This document shows, piece after piece, positions 49,055 to 63,365 of a DNA stretch of 64,000 nucleotides. Where the stretch lies: NCBI RefSeq assembly GCF_009914755.1, contig NC_060928.1. One strand, written 5' to 3'. The first letter of the stretch is position 1. Every line of letters begins with the position of its first letter. This DNA is from the human T2T-CHM13v2.0 reference genome, Homo sapiens. The notes under the pieces are model-generated. The model was given only the letters and a program-made list of their open reading frames with translations. It had not been told where the DNA came from and searched no databases. The position numbers and the translations under genes are program-made.

Positions 49055-49560
49055 CATAAGGAGATTTTACCAATAATTCAAGTGAAAGATTATGATGACC
49101 TGAACTAAGGTAGTAGTTGTATGGACTGAAATAAATTAGAGACACAGATTCTATAGAAGCATAAGCAATAGGACTGAACAACTTGTCAACTTATTAAACA
49201 CAGCAAATGAAAGAATGAAATAATGAAATTTTAAATGTAAGGATGGAAGCTTTGGGAGGATGATGTCACATTTTATTAGGGTGAGTCATGTAAAATTCCA
49301 GTTTTTGTGATGCAAAAACAATTGGTATTGGCAATTTTATATGGTTCAACAGATACATCTGGCTTTTGGGATGTTGACTTTGAGATACTGGTAGTATCTT
49401 CAACATTCATTCCATATTCAAGTAGAAAATTCCCCAAGATATTGGAAATACTAAGAATTTGGACTAAATTTATTAGTTTGAAAGTCATTTGAAATGTGGT
49501 TATGGTAATATAGGGAGAAAAAAAAGAGAATCAAGAGAAAAATCTTAATAACATACTCAT
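49055..49560 (-). mobile_element. L2 fragment
   Basis: aataattcaagtgaaagattatgatgacctgaactaagg; ttttgggatgttgactttgagatact. Confidence 0.75.
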
Positions 49561-50448
49561 TGATGAACATTTAAGTCACTTCCACTTTTTTCCACTTATG
49601 AACAGTGTTTTAAATTTATATGTATATTTGAACAAACTTAAAAATTTTGCACTTGCCCTCTTTTATTTATCATAAGCTCTTAAAAGGGCATTTCTGGATT
49701 AAACAAAGCAAGAACTGAACATGTTTAAACATATTAGCTATTTCCCTTTAGAAAAGTCATTCTAACTTTTACTCAGTGAACACAGGTTTTCTCCATAAGA
49801 AATTACATAGACTAATGGAAAATATATAAACTATAGAAGGTCTCCAAACTTATATTTCATTTTCCTTGACAAAAATATTCTTTAAAATCGTGGATCTCAA
49901 ACTTTTAGGTCTCAGGACCCTTTTATACTTGTAATAATTACTAAGAATCCCAAAGAACTTGTATTTATATGGGTTATATCCATTGATATTTATCATATTT
50001 GAAATTCAAATTGAGAAATTTAAAAATATTTATTTTCAATATCAATATTAAATTCCTTAATATGTTAACACAAATAATATATTTTATGAAAAAGATTCCA
50101 AGGATAACTAAATTTAGTGAAATTGTTTTACATTTATGGAATTTGAGAATTCAGAATGAGTTTTACATTTTTGGAAATCTCTGACTGAGATTTCTAACTG
50201 AATCATTGATATCTATAAGGAGACTTTACTAATAATTCAAGTGAAAGATTATGATGACCTGAACTAGGGTAGTAAGCTATATAGACTGAAATAAAATAGA
50301 CTCAGTTTCTACAGAAATATAAGTAATAGGACTGAACAACTTGTCAACTTATTATATACAGCAAATGAAAGAAAGAATAAATTTGCAAATGTAAGGACAG
50401 ACACTTTGGGAGGATGTAAACAAAATTGTGTGTTAAAACACAGACACA

Positions 50449-50759
<311 letters not shown>

Positions 50760-50907
50760 CTACCTAATAAAATGTAGCTGAATCCTCATGACTGCTTCTA
50801 CATCCACTCTGCTTTAATATGTTGTTTTGGTTGAGTGGACAAAGAAAAACTAGCTTCACACAGATGTGTAATTGGAAGAGGAGTAAGTTTTTTTAACAGC
50901 GTTTCCA

Positions 50908-52284
50908 GGTCATGAGTTGCTTAAGGACGGGAATTCTTTCTGAGAAATGCGTGATTCAGCAATTTCATCCTTGTGCAAATATTATAGTGTACTCACACAA
51001 ACTTAGATGGTTTAGCTTACTACACACCTAGACTATATGGCATAGCCTATTGCTCCTAGGGCTACAAACCTGTACAGCATGTACTGTACTAAATACTGTA
51101 GGAAGTTGTAACACAATGGTATTAGTGTATCTAAACATAGAAAATGTACAGCAAAAATATGGCATAAAAGATAAAAAATGCTACACCTGTGTAGGGAACT
51201 TACCATGAATGAAGCTTGCAGGAGAGTAAGTTGCTCTGAATGAGTCAGTGAGAGATTAGTGAATGAATGTGAAAGCTTGGGACATTACTGTAGACTTTAT
51301 AAACAGTGTACACTTAGGCTGAAACTACCTTTGCAAAAATTATAACAGTGAGAAAATTATATCAGTGAAGAAGATCTGATCTGGCCAACCCCCTTCTTGC
51401 CTTTGATCTTCAGTCTGCCCTTAATTATTCCTAGGCCTAGGCCAAGCTAACTTTAGGAGACATTTAGTTGATAGTTTAAGTGGTAGTAGCCCTTCTCTAA
51501 AATTCAACCACCTTTGAAAGCTAATGAGAGACCACCATGCTAGGAGGATAGAGGAGCCTGAACTCTGCTAGGTTATACACAATAAAGGATTGCCAGCCAC
51601 AGTTCCAGAGGTTACAAGATATGCAACTTCTCCAAATACTCCTGCAGATAACATCACTATTGTAGAACCTAAGATTGGCCTTTCACAGGGTTTTTGCATG
51701 CCTGAAGACCAATGGCTCCACCTAGACCTGCCATCCTCTCCTGTGGCTGCACCCAGAAGTGACTCAGTGCACATGAGGACAATTTCCCATTCTATATGAT
51801 TACAACCCCCCAAAATCAGCAGCAAGCACCCATTGCCTAGCCACCCTCACCCCCTCCCCTGAACTATCTTTGAAAAACCTTAGCCCTCAAGTTATTGGGG
51901 AGGCTGATTTCAGTAACAATAACCTACTGACAATAACCAACAGCCTACACAGGGTCAAAATAATTAATGTCGCTGCTTTCCACCTCTGCATCTTGTCCCA
52001 TGGGAAGTTCTTCAGGGACAATAACATTCAAGGACCTGTCATCTCCTGTGATAACAATGCCTTGTTCTGGATACCTTCTGAAGGACCTGACTGAGACTCT
52101 TCTAGAGGAATAGGTTTGTTTACAGCAGCATCACCACAAATATGTAAGTAATCCCTTACCTTACCACATTATAATAGCTACGATATCACTAGGCAATATA
52201 AATTTTGCAGCTCTATTATAATCTTATGAGACCATTCTGGTATGCGGTCCATCACAAATGTGGTTGTTATGCAGCACCTAAGTG
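50908..52284. mobile_element. Tigger3 (Tigger3b-like) nested in Charlie2
   Basis: gtcatgagttgcttaaggacggg...ctgagaaatgcg...tactacacacctagactatatgg; end gttgttatgcagcacctaagtg followed by ta. Confidence 0.88.
51320..51922 (+). mobile_element. LTR26-like ERV1 solo LTR nested in Tigger3, 3' end missing
   Basis: tgaaactacctttgcaaaaattataacagtgagaaaattat...cctgcagataacatcactattgtagaacctaagattggcc. Confidence 0.8.
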
Positions 52285-53066
52285 TAATTGAGAATATTCT
52301 TCTCTGATACTACAGTAAAACTTGACCAATATTAGTTTCTAAAAGATTAGTGTGGAATTTGACAACATACCAACGAGCTTTTTACACTCTATTACATTAA
52401 AATCCATTGTCTAACTAGCACTTTTAATCAGCCATTTACTCTTACATGCTTTCGTAACTGTGTACATTTGGAAAATATCAGTTCAGTGAGTTATGAATAT
52501 TTTCCAAATGATATATTCCATTATACATCAAATAATCATATTATTCAATATCACTACTGACCTCATCAGAAAAGTTACTAAGTATTGGGCAACTGTCAAG
52601 TTCATAGGAACAGACACAAGTTTTCTAACAATTTAAATTTTCACTTGTAAGCTCAAATTTTATCATTGCCAATAAATACTGTCTGTTGTTTTCTTTGAAG
52701 GATAAGATGTCTTCCAAATACCTAAGTATGAATAACCTGAGTTTATCTGTCATTCATTTTTTCAATAAAAGTAGTGTTCCATTAAAAAGCAGCATGATCA
52801 GTTCGCAACTTGAATGATCACAAGTGCTCCTCCTGGAGACAGCCATTGTACTTCAGTGTATAGAAGTGTTTTATTTGTACTTTCCATTTCCTTATACAAA
52901 ATATATTCGAAAGATGTTTACTCAATGGTTGATATTTAATGAAAAGAATAATGTTTACTGTTTCATCAAGGACATCAAGGGCATTCTTAAGTGAAAGCGA
53001 CTTTTTTTTTTTTTCTGTGAGAGTACAGCAGGAAAAATTGCAGTGACTACTGTTACAGTTTGGTGC

Positions 53067-53508
53067 CTAAACAATGGCCTAGCTGCAAGTTTCCCTCCCC
53101 ATTCTGATCCTACAGATAAGGTGCCTTAGCCAAGTAATCCTTATCAAATCAAATGAATGTAATTCCGGCTTATCCTGAGTGGTAGCTTTCAGATCCCTGC
53201 CAAACTATGGAATTATTTAAATAAGACAATGGCATCTTCCCTTGGGAACCAGGGGTGCCCCACCTTCTTGATACTACCAAAGCCTGCCCCCCGACAACCC
53301 TTTATTTGTTCACTCTCTTCCCAAGTGTTACCCTCATGTGGCCCTAACATGGTGCGGTGTGCTCCTACTCCAGGCTGTGAGTATGTGTGACTAATATACC
53401 GTGGTCGATCTCATCTGTTCAGTGTTGGGTGTTGTATGTTTGGTCATCTCCATAACCTTAGGATGAGAATTGCTCCCTCATCAACAACTGAAAAGGAGGT
53501 GATCAACA
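53067..53508 (+). mobile_element. MER73/MER74-like ERVL LTR (3' part) within the Charlie2 transposase
   Basis: ggctgtgagtatgtgtgactaata...gatctcatctgttcagtgttgggtg...aggaggtgatcaaca. Confidence 0.65.
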
Positions 53509-54949
53509 TAAGCACATGGAATATTTCATCACCATTTGCACTTGTTGTCAATAATTCAAACAGGAAAACTTCTATGATTGGTTGGTACTGATTCTGTATG
53601 AATACAGGTAAAACAGCAAATAAAGCCAAGCCTGTAGATTTCGCAAGGCAAAAGTACAACTCTGCAGATATTAACTCAGCTTCCATGATTGCAGCTAAAT
53701 CTTTAATGTGGCAAGTTACTGTGTCATTGGAAAGTGTCAGTGTCATGATTTACTTTACTAACTTTTCACCAGTAGGTATTAACAATGTCAACCATATAAG
53801 GCTTTATTAGTCTCTCAGCTATTGTATGTGCTTCTCTAGCCAATGCAGTATATAAGTTATTCTGTAAGATGCGTCATTGGCTTCTTCATTTTGAGTTGAA
53901 AAGCTGTAACAATTTTGAATTTTAAAATAGCTTATCACATCTACATTTAAACTGTCCAATTCTTTATATTAATAACCCCAAATGATTTGTCTCAAAATGA
54001 TACCACAATGTAACTGGCAATATGATACTATTTGAAAACGTTCTGTTGAATAAGATACAGTAAGGTAAATCAGTAGTACATATAATCCCTAAGGGGAAGA
54101 TAGCTTTTGTCAAATAATTTTTATTTCTTATTTATAGTATTATCCAATTTCTTTAGAGTAGATTCCTCCCTTCCATTAATCATAAAACTCTAAATCATCT
54201 TTTTCAGCGTCTTGAGAAATAGACATTGCAGCTGAAGCACAGGAAAGCACGTCTTTTGATTCCCCTTTTTCAGGCCAAGAATTCATCCTTAAATACAAGA
54301 AAAAATAGTATAAGTCAATTATACTTACTTTAGAATAATATTACTTAACTAAAATAATAGTATTAGGGAAATTTTTAAAAATTAGAAAAATTTTCAAACA
54401 ATTAAAATATCAATACTAAACAAGAACACAATGTACACTTATTTTGTTTTGGGTTTCTATAGAAATATAAGGAAAATTTCAGGATTTCAAAATAATTATA
54501 TTTTGGACAATAATGAAGTAAAAGATTATAAAAGATGTAAAAAAGATAACTAAAAAGGGCACATTAGAAATACTGAGATAAATATAAATTAATATCTCAA
54601 AATGCATATATATGCACACATTCTAAAGCTATTATCTTAGAGAATTCTACAAATTCCTGAATATAAAGTCACACATTCCATTAGTTAGTAGAAAAATAAA
54701 GTCACCACGTCATTTACCCTTTAAAAAACTCCACTGTACACTTATGAGAGAATGAGAGTAAAAAGATAAATAGACAGTAACATTTGGTATTAGTATGAAA
54801 CTGCCGTTAATCTTCCAGATCTCCCAAAGGTCCATAGCAAACACTTTAAGAATCACTGATTTAGAATATCTATATTTTAAAGACCCCTAATTTGCTATTG
54901 ACTCGCTCAGCCAATAACTTTACTACTCTTTCTTCTCTTTTATTTTCGT

Positions 54950-55760
54950 CTAACATATGAAAAGCCTTTACAAATATTTAAGAAAATAAATGAATAACAC
55001 CCCCCAAAAGAACTGGCAAAGCATAAGAAGTGGCAATTAACATATGATGATATGCCAGTTGTCCTCAAAATATATGAAAAGATACACAACTTCACTAGTA
55101 ATCAAAGAAATATAAGTTAAGATGAAAATACTTATTTCTTATAAAATATCTGAAAAAAAGTAAAACACTGATAAGATCAGGCATGACAAGGGTATGGGGG
55201 AATCTGTACCTTCTCAAATTAAATTAGAAAAGCAAATAAAAATTGGAACAGTTCGCATATTCTTAAATTTAATTCTGTAACTATAAATTGGTACCATCTT
55301 TCTGAAGAAAAACTTGGCAATGTCTTCCACTTCTGGGAATTTATCCTAATGAAGAAAGTGGATGAGAATTTAAAGATGAATGTATTGTGTTTTTATATGT
55401 ATATATGTATATACAAATATATATTTGTATTTAACTGACATAGTTTCTATAATAGTAAAGAAATTCAGAACAACCAGAATATATATCAATAGGGATTGGT
55501 TATAGAAATTTTGGTGCCTCCACACAATGGAACACTATTCAGCCATTAAAGAGAATGAAAGAAATCTTTATCATTGCTAGAGATGGAAACCCAAGATACT
55601 TTAAGTAATTAAACATAAACAACATGCTATAAAAGTGTATAAATATTATGTTCCTATTTAAAAATTAATATAGATGTGAAAATTCATAGACAAGTGATAT
55701 GCACCACAATGTTAAAGATTGTATTTACAGCTAGTGAAATTGCTGATGTTTTGCATTTAG
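54950..55760 (+). mobile_element. L1ME-type 3' fragment; a similar piece lies at ~56215-56615
   Basis: atgaaaagatacacaacttcactagtaatcaaagaaat; ccacttctgggaatttatcctaa; cacacaatggaacactattcagccattaaa. Confidence 0.75.
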
Positions 55761-55779
55761 TTTGTAAGGCAATATTTCT

Positions 55780-55955
55780 CAGTAGCTGTGTGTAAGGGAA
55801 AGCTTTTTTCCCCTCAGGGGACATATGGCAATACTGAGGACATTTTTGATTGTCACAATTGAGGAAGTGCTACTGGCTTCAGGCAGGGAAAATTCAGAGA
55901 TGTGGCTAACCATTCTACAATTATCCATGACAAAATGTCAATAGTGCCAAGGTTT
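55780..55955 (+). mobile_element. MER20 (hAT-Charlie), internally deleted
   Basis: ccctcaggggacatatggcaatactgaggacatttttgattgtcacaa...aaaatgtcaatagtgccaaggtt. Confidence 0.88.
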
Positions 55956-56804
55956 TAAGGTAATTCAGGTTAACTTTACAAATATCTCTGGGGCTGCTAT
56001 AATGTGCAAGTCACAGGGAATACAGCAATAAACAAGAGATATAGTGGTTTTCCACAGGAATAATATTTGTAATGCTTAAATACTGTATTAGGACTCCTTT
56101 ATAAATAAGTAAAAATCATAAAGTTATATTAATTTGGGGGTAAAAAGGGTGAGTCCTTTAAAAAGTATTCTACGTTTAATCTTTTAATTCCACTGAATGG
56201 AATTTTTTAATGTAATCACAAGAAATTTTCACAAAGATTCATGTGCACTTTCATTTTATGAATTATTAATTATAATAGTGGAAATTTGGAAATATGTGCA
56301 AAAGTAGTGGTGTGAAAAAATAAAACATGAACATTCAGCCGATGGACTATTATGCAGCTTTTAAAATTCACATTAAAAAATACTGATATGAGAAATGTTC
56401 ATTGTATAAAGTTAAACACACCACAAATCTCTTAGTACTGCATGATCCTAATTATTAAAAACACACACAGGGAAAATACTAGCAGGAAATATGTCAAAAA
56501 GAGTTATGAGTGGCTCTCTCTATGGTGTATTATGGGCAATTTAAAATACTTTTCTTTACAGTCTCAGTACTTTCTAAATCAGCTAAAGTGAAAATATATT
56601 ATTTTTATAATTAGGAAAAAAGACATACCATATTGATTACTATGTGTAGTGCCCTATATTCATATAGAAGAAAAAGGAGATACAATTTTTCTACCCTTGA
56701 GAAGCTTATATATAAAGTTGGAGAGATGAGTCGTACATTCATGGAAAGTTTATAATTAAGAAAAATAAATACAACAGTTAAAAGAAAAGATAGAAACAAA
56801 GTTA

Positions 56805-57030
56805 TTTTGAATATCTGCTAGTCTGGCACTGTGCCAGATGCATTCACCAACATCACATTTCATGATGCCACCAGTCCTGTGAGGCTGGTAATGTTATCCC
56901 CATCACAGCAATGAGAAAACTGAAGCTCACTGAGATTAAGTAACTTGGCATAGGCCACCCACAGATATTAAGTGCTAGTGCAAGGATTCAACCCCAGGTC
57001 TGAGTCATTTTTATAAAAAATGATTGTTTC
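56805..57030 (-). mobile_element. MIR
   Basis: gttatccccatcacagcaatgagaaaactgaagctcactgagattaagtaacttg...ggattcaaccccaggtctg. Confidence 0.9.
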
Positions 57031-58304
57031 CACTTTGTGTGCTTTTCATTCTGGAGGTACAAGAAAAGATTACCATAATCATTAACCTAAGCGTTTCAAT
57101 GGGAGCCATGAAAACTCACTCATTTTTCTCAAGAGATGTCGGTATAGGCACTAATCAAATAAGCTGACAAATATGTTTTAATTTATTCAAGAAATAGTTC
57201 AGTGGAAGTCTTGCGTGTTCAGTATGTTATGAGTACAAGATTTTTATATCTGAGACTCTTGTTTTAAAAGTCATAACATGAATCTCTGCATAGTCATCCA
57301 TTGCTTCGGCAAAAGGGGAGTTCTTAAACACCCAAGGTGAAGCAGTGACGTGTGATTAATGGCTGCAAGCCGGATTACTTCTCAGATCGTCCTCCATATC
57401 TACTTGATATAACTTGGCAGAAAGTCAGAAAATAAATGTTTTAATAAATACTGCTTTCATTTGTAACAGATTTCTGCTTGAAAAGGAGTGGGCAGTCCTG
57501 TGTCCGTCCTCCCTTTCTTTTGTCTATATTACAGGGTCTTGGTCTCCATTTTCTCTGACATGGAAGTATTTATTCAAAATAATGGTTCTCACTTAGATAG
57601 GGGAGTTAGATCTATCACTCTTCCCCAAAAGCACCACTAAACCTAATTCTCTGTCTCTGTTAAACAAAATATCACCTTTGTCTGTTACTGAAAAATGTCT
57701 GCTGGTAGCTGAAGATTTAATTGTTTCTTCAAACCCCTCCATTACAAGAAATTTAGAATTTCTTCTGTTATTTAACTTAAATCTTTAACCATGCAAAAGG
57801 ATTTGGGAGTAAAGAAGAGGGGGAAAAATGTGGGCTGTGTTTTATTTTTTAAAAGACATTAAATTTTTTTTCACTGTAACTTTTATACGTTAAAATACAA
57901 GTTTATGATCAGTAGTCTTATTATTTTAAGGACTATCTTCATTTCTCTTTTAATGTGATGTTAAATGACTTGGGAAGTAGAGAATTTCTTCACTACTAGA
58001 AACACTGAACTCTCACTTGGAATTTTGCCAACACATCTAGTATCTTGAAATTAAACATTAATTGATTTTCTTATTTTAGAATATTAATAATATCATCATT
58101 TGAACGTGTACCTTAAACACTGCAAAATCAGTATTTTTTCCCTCACTTTCTAAATGAGCACACTGAAGCTCAAACTTTAAATAAATTATTCTGATTCATA
58201 TAGTGGTACTTATTTGACTTGAAATTCTAACCTAGTGTACCTGAATACAGCTTCCATGCTCTTCCATACACCATGCCCAGTTTTATGTCAAATACAACTG
58301 AAGC

Positions 58305-58900
58305 AAGTGAAAATATACTCAACATCACTAATCAGTAGGGAAATGCAATTTAAAACCACAATGAGACACCACTTTACACCCATTAGGATGACTATCATGA
58401 AACAAATAAAGAAATAAAATCCCAGAAAAACTGAAAACAGCCAGTGTTGGCAGAGATGTGGAACAGTTGGAACCCTTTTGCACTGCTAGTGGAAATATAA
58501 AATGGTGCAGCCTCTGTGGAAAAGAGTATGGCAATTCCTCAAAAAGTTAAACGTAGAATTACCATGTGATTCAGAAATTCTGCTTCTGGGTATATATTTA
58601 AAAGTATTAAAAGCAGGCATTCAAACAGGTACTTGTCCATTGGTGTTCATAGCAGTGTTAATCACAATAGCTAAAAGATGGAAACAATCCAAACGTCCAT
58701 CAACAGATGAATGCATAAAGAAAATGTGCTATATACACACAGTGGAATACTATTCAGCCTTGAAAATCAACGGAAGTATGATACATACTACAACATGGAT
58801 GAACACTGGAACATTATACTAAGTGAAATAAGTCAGACACAAAAGGACAAATATTATATGATTCCATTTACATGAGGTACTAAAGATAGGCAAATAAAAT
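58305..58900 (+). mobile_element. L1MB-type ORF2 end / 3'UTR fragment
   Basis: Peptide MVQPLWKRVWQFLKKLNVELPCDSEILLLGIY; aagtgaaataagtcagacacaaaaggacaaatatt. Confidence 0.88.
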
Positions 58901-59000
58901 GATAAAATTTGGGTTTACAAGGCCATCTCTCTGACATATATTCAACATTGAGCTTTGGTATTGGCTGACAATAAAGTTGTATTCAAAATATGAGACCATT

Positions 59001-59292
59001 GGCTGGGCATAGTGGCTCATGCCTGTATTCCCAGCATTTTGGGCTGCTGGGGAGGGTGGAACACTTGGGTCTAGAAGTTCAAGACCAGCTTGGGCAACAT
59101 AGTGAGACTGTCTCTACAAAATATACAGAAAAAACAGCCAGCCATGATGATGCATACCTGTAGTCCCAGCTATTTGGGAGGCTGAGGTGAGAGGATCATC
59201 TGAGCCTGGGAGCTCCAGGCTTCAGTGAGCTATGATTGCACCACTGCACTGCTGAGTGACAGTGAGACTCTGTCTCAAAAAAAAAAAAAAAA
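59001..59292 (+). mobile_element. AluJ-like
   Basis: ggctgggcatagtggctcatgcctgt...gaggatcatctgagcctgggag...cagtgagctatgattgcacc, poly(A). Confidence 0.93.
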
Positions 59293-59902
59293 GAAGGACA
59301 CCAAAATATGGAAGATAACAAGGAGTCTATGGAATGAGAATAAATGGACACATAGACAAGATAAAGCCATTAATATAACTTAATATCTCTAGTTACACAT
59401 ACTGCCAAAATTGGAAATATTATACAATTTAATTCAGATTAAACTTAGTAAGTTAGCTGAAAAAAGTTAAGTAAAACCACAGAGGATACAGACTTTAGTC
59501 AACAGAAACCAGGTGAAAGAAGTGAATATGAATGTGGATTTAAAGACCTTTACCTTATAGTGAATATAAAGAAGGACTAAACGTGTCCATTTAAGGTTCA
59601 AATTTTCACTCTGTATGTATATGGCCCTTGGGTTTGTTCCTGGGCTCTAACTCTTAGGTAATCACATCATTATCATGAATTGTCATCCTCACTTCCCCAG
59701 AAATGGTAAATTTGCTTCCCTTGATGAGTATTTTATCAATCACAGAAAAATTTAAATTCAATTCAGAGATCATGAAATATATGAACCCAACATCATTTAT
59801 ACTTTTAGTTAAAGGTCTGGAATAAACTTTTAAATTATAGGGACTGTTTAATATATGTGGTATTTAATGAATTTGTAATGTTTAATAAAATCTGGTATAT
59901 TA

Positions 59903-60044
59903 GGCCAGGCACAGTGGCTCACACCTGTAATCCTGGCACTTTGGGAGGCCAAAGAGGGAGGATTGGTTAAGGCCAAGAGTTCCAGACCAACCTGGCGAAC
60001 ATAGCAAGACCTTGTCTCTCTAAAAAACATAAAGAATAAAAAAA
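59903..60044 (+). mobile_element. FLAM-type Alu monomer
   Basis: Left monomer only, then A-rich tail; TSD-like aatctggtatat / aatttggtatat. Confidence 0.88.
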
Positions 60045-61268
60045 GAATTTGGTATATAAAAGGATCTGAACATATAATAAAAACTGTCATGGGTTCTGGA
60101 ATTGTGCTTTTAAGCTAAAAATATACCTGAAAATTTTACTAAGTTTGTGAAAACATGAAAATTTGAGATACGATCTATTTTAAAGTTTATGATATTTGCA
60201 AGACTATTTTAAATGCAAAACTGGATTTTTCTTGTTAGGGCTTTGAATTTGAGTTGTCAGAGAGTTTTTTAAATGCTTAAAAAAACAAACATATTAAATA
60301 TCTAAGTATAGTCCCACATATTTTAGAAAGTGTAATTTACTAAATTTGTCAATGGGATTATTTAAAGTAATTTAGTCTATTCAACTTGAATTAATTGAAC
60401 ATTCACCAAAGAAAAAGAGAAAATAATTCTTGTTTATTAGTTTTTATAAATAGTAGAATAAGATTTGTTAGTTAAAAGCTTAAGAGAAGCTTGTTTCCTT
60501 TATAATTACAACTTTAATAAAGTTATATTAATTAAAAAATTAAGTAATTGGGCATAATCCTTTCAAAGCACAAAAGCTCCTTCAAGGCATTGTAATAGCT
60601 CACACTGATGACCTTGACATGAAAAGCTATATACTACAGCAAAGATCCTCAGCTCCAGTGGACATACCTTTGATTTGGGATATAGTAAATCATTCATAAT
60701 AAAACTACTAGAGTATACAAATCATTTGCATTGAAGAGTGGAGTAGTTTTCAGGTTATTCCTATAATAATATCAACCTTCTTCCTTGCTTTACTGCATGC
60801 GTTCTTCAGTGGGAGTTATTTTTAAATTGCAAAGCACTGAGATATGTAGCAATCATATAGTAAGATCCCCTGCTTAGGAGCATCCTTAGGGAATGCTGAC
60901 TGATTAGGAGAGTGAGAAGATTATGGAGTGGTAAAATAAAACAAAAGGTTCACCAGGATATCTCGTTATTTTTTATTTCTACTGTGGAATGACATTTCTT
61001 GCTAGAAATATTTGTGTAAATATTCCTTTGTTCCTGCATCTGCCCATAAAGGTTCCAGGGATTAGGACCTAATATATCAAATTTTAAGATATAAAGATTT
61101 TATATAAAAATTTTGATGATTTTGGTTGTGCATAAGTTAATAGAAGTCAGTTAGTGAACATAAACTGTCTCCACCTTTCCACCCTTGAGTATTAATCCTT
61201 TAAGAAGATTTTTCATAAAGATGGAATGAAGAGAAAGCACAGAATAGGCTTTGTGTGTAACCTGTAGG

Positions 61269-61413
61269 CAGTACTGTACTGGTGTGCTGTTATTAAAAAA
61301 AAAAAAAATCCCTGATCTGTAGCATTTACCTATTTCTCTGGTATGAATACTCACCATGGCCGATTTCAAGCTTTAAAATCAGCTCGCTAAGGGACAGCTC
61401 TAGCATAACACTG
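61269..61413. mobile_element. MER63A-like hAT MITE
   Basis: ccctgatctgtagcatttacc...aatactcaccatggccgatttcaagct; TIR-like cagtactgtactgg / ctagcataacactg. Confidence 0.78.
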
Positions 61414-61619
61414 CCTCTAACTCTTCCATTTCTATTCCTTTGTTTTGGCAGCTGATCACGGCTGGAAATAAACCAACAAACAAACATGTAATCATGTTGA
61501 AATATTTTACTTTACAGCTCATAACCATGAATCACAAATGGGCCCTTTATCTGCCAGATCTTTCACTATTTTAGAAATAAAATATTACGTTGAAAATAAA
61601 ATTTTCACTGTGTTGTACT

Positions 61620-63365
61620 TTCTTTCTCCTGAAACTCCAAATACTGCTTCATCCACCTTTACTCTCAGCTGATGGCCTTGCTCTCTGTTTCACTAAGAAA
61701 AATGAAGCAATCAGATGAGCTCTGCAGAATTCTTCCCCCAAGGGACACACCTGCAGACATCTGCACTCTCTTCTTCTACCTCCCTGTCTGCTCCTGCCTA
61801 AAGCCAATTTCTTCATTTGTGGGTCAGAATCCATTCTGTTTTACTCAAGGCATCACTGCTGTAATTCTCACTCGTCTCTAAACCATGTTTCTTGCTTTCT
61901 ACTAGAGCAATGTCATCAGTTAAAATGTTACGATTGCTATCACTTTTTTAAAGCTTCTCTCAGCCCAACCTCTCCATGAGCTGCCGCACTTTCTCTGCTC
62001 ATTTTTGGTAGAATAACTCTTGAAAGAGTTGTTTTTAACTTGTGTTTTTGATTCCTCTCCTGCCACTCTCAAGCACACTCCAGTCTGACTTTCCCCATAG
62101 TCACCATTCCAGCAAGAGCGTTCTTGTCAAAGTTGCGGTAGTGCCCCACTCATTCCCTTCAGATCTTAACCATCCACTGTGCTCCAGCTCAACTTGAAAA
62201 GTACGAGGATCAGTATCGCTGCCTGAGAGCTCTTTCCAGATTCTCAGAAAGTCACATTCATGCAAGGAAAGAGCTGTAAATATCACGGAATTAACACCGC
62301 CCACACCCTTCCCCAGCAGTGCCAACTAAATTCGTCAATATAAAATACCACCTCTCCCTTGCTCTTTGTGTGGAACAACTCTGAATTGTGTTTTATGCCA
62401 TTTCTTAGAGTCTTGTAGGAATAAGCTCCAGTTGTCAACTATGGCTTAATGACATACACTTATGGGCTGCCTTCCTTATATCATTTTTTGAATCTACTAT
62501 TGCTGTTCCTACACCTCTCAAACAAGCTCCTTCCTCTCAAATTCTTGTTTAGAATCTGCTGCTATGGGAACCAAAATGAACTCAGTTGCCACTGACCTCC
62601 ACATCATTAAACCGAATGATCAATTAGTTTCCTTTTTATTGGAGCTTTCAGTAGATCTGACACGTAGTTCTCTCCCCTCTCCTGGAAACATTTTCTATTC
62701 TTGATTCTAGCTCAACACATCTGTAATTTTTTTTTTCCTGAATCACAGGTCATTCCTTCTCAATCTCTTTTCTTAGTTACGCTTCTTTTCTGCACTTTTA
62801 CATTTGAAGTGCTGCAGGTTAGTCAGTCCTTGTTCTCTTCCACTCTCTATCAGTGACTCTCTGGCTTTATATATAACCTCTATGTTAATGACCCATAAAT
62901 TCGTATATCTAACACAAGTTCCTCTTCTGAACTTCATATCATATCTAAGTACTTAACATTTCCACCTTGATGTCCAATAGTCATCTGAAACTCAACATGT
63001 TCAGACAGAACTCCTTTTCTTGGCCTTATCTCAAACCTGCTCCATTCACTAGCTCATTTAACAGTAAAACCATCCTTCCAGCTGTCCAGTCCAAAGAAAC
63101 TTGGATTTATTCTTGATTCTTCTATTTTTCTCAGCAAATCTTGCATTTAGCTTAAAAACATAATCAGGATCCAAAATTTCTTAACACCTCTACTGCTGTC
63201 ATGATTCAGGTCATCAACATTTCTCACCTGGATTACTTCCATAGCTTCTTAACAAGTCTTCTGGCTTCTACTGTTGACCCTCGATAGTCTGCTGTCAATG
63301 TAGAAGTTGGAGAGATATTTCAAGAACATGTATCTTATCATTTCACTCTTTTGCTCAAAACTATG
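61620..63365 (+). mobile_element. Long L2 fragment interrupted by an LTR16-like LTR
   Basis: ctcagctgatggccttgctctctgtttcactaagaaaa; tttccaccttgatgtccaatagtcatctgaaactcaacatgt; tctcacctggattac. Confidence 0.85.
62133..62584 (+). mobile_element. LTR16-like ERVL solo LTR
   Basis: ggaacaactctgaattgtgtttt...aagctccagttg...ctcaaattcttgtttagaatctgctgctatgggaacc. Confidence 0.7.
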
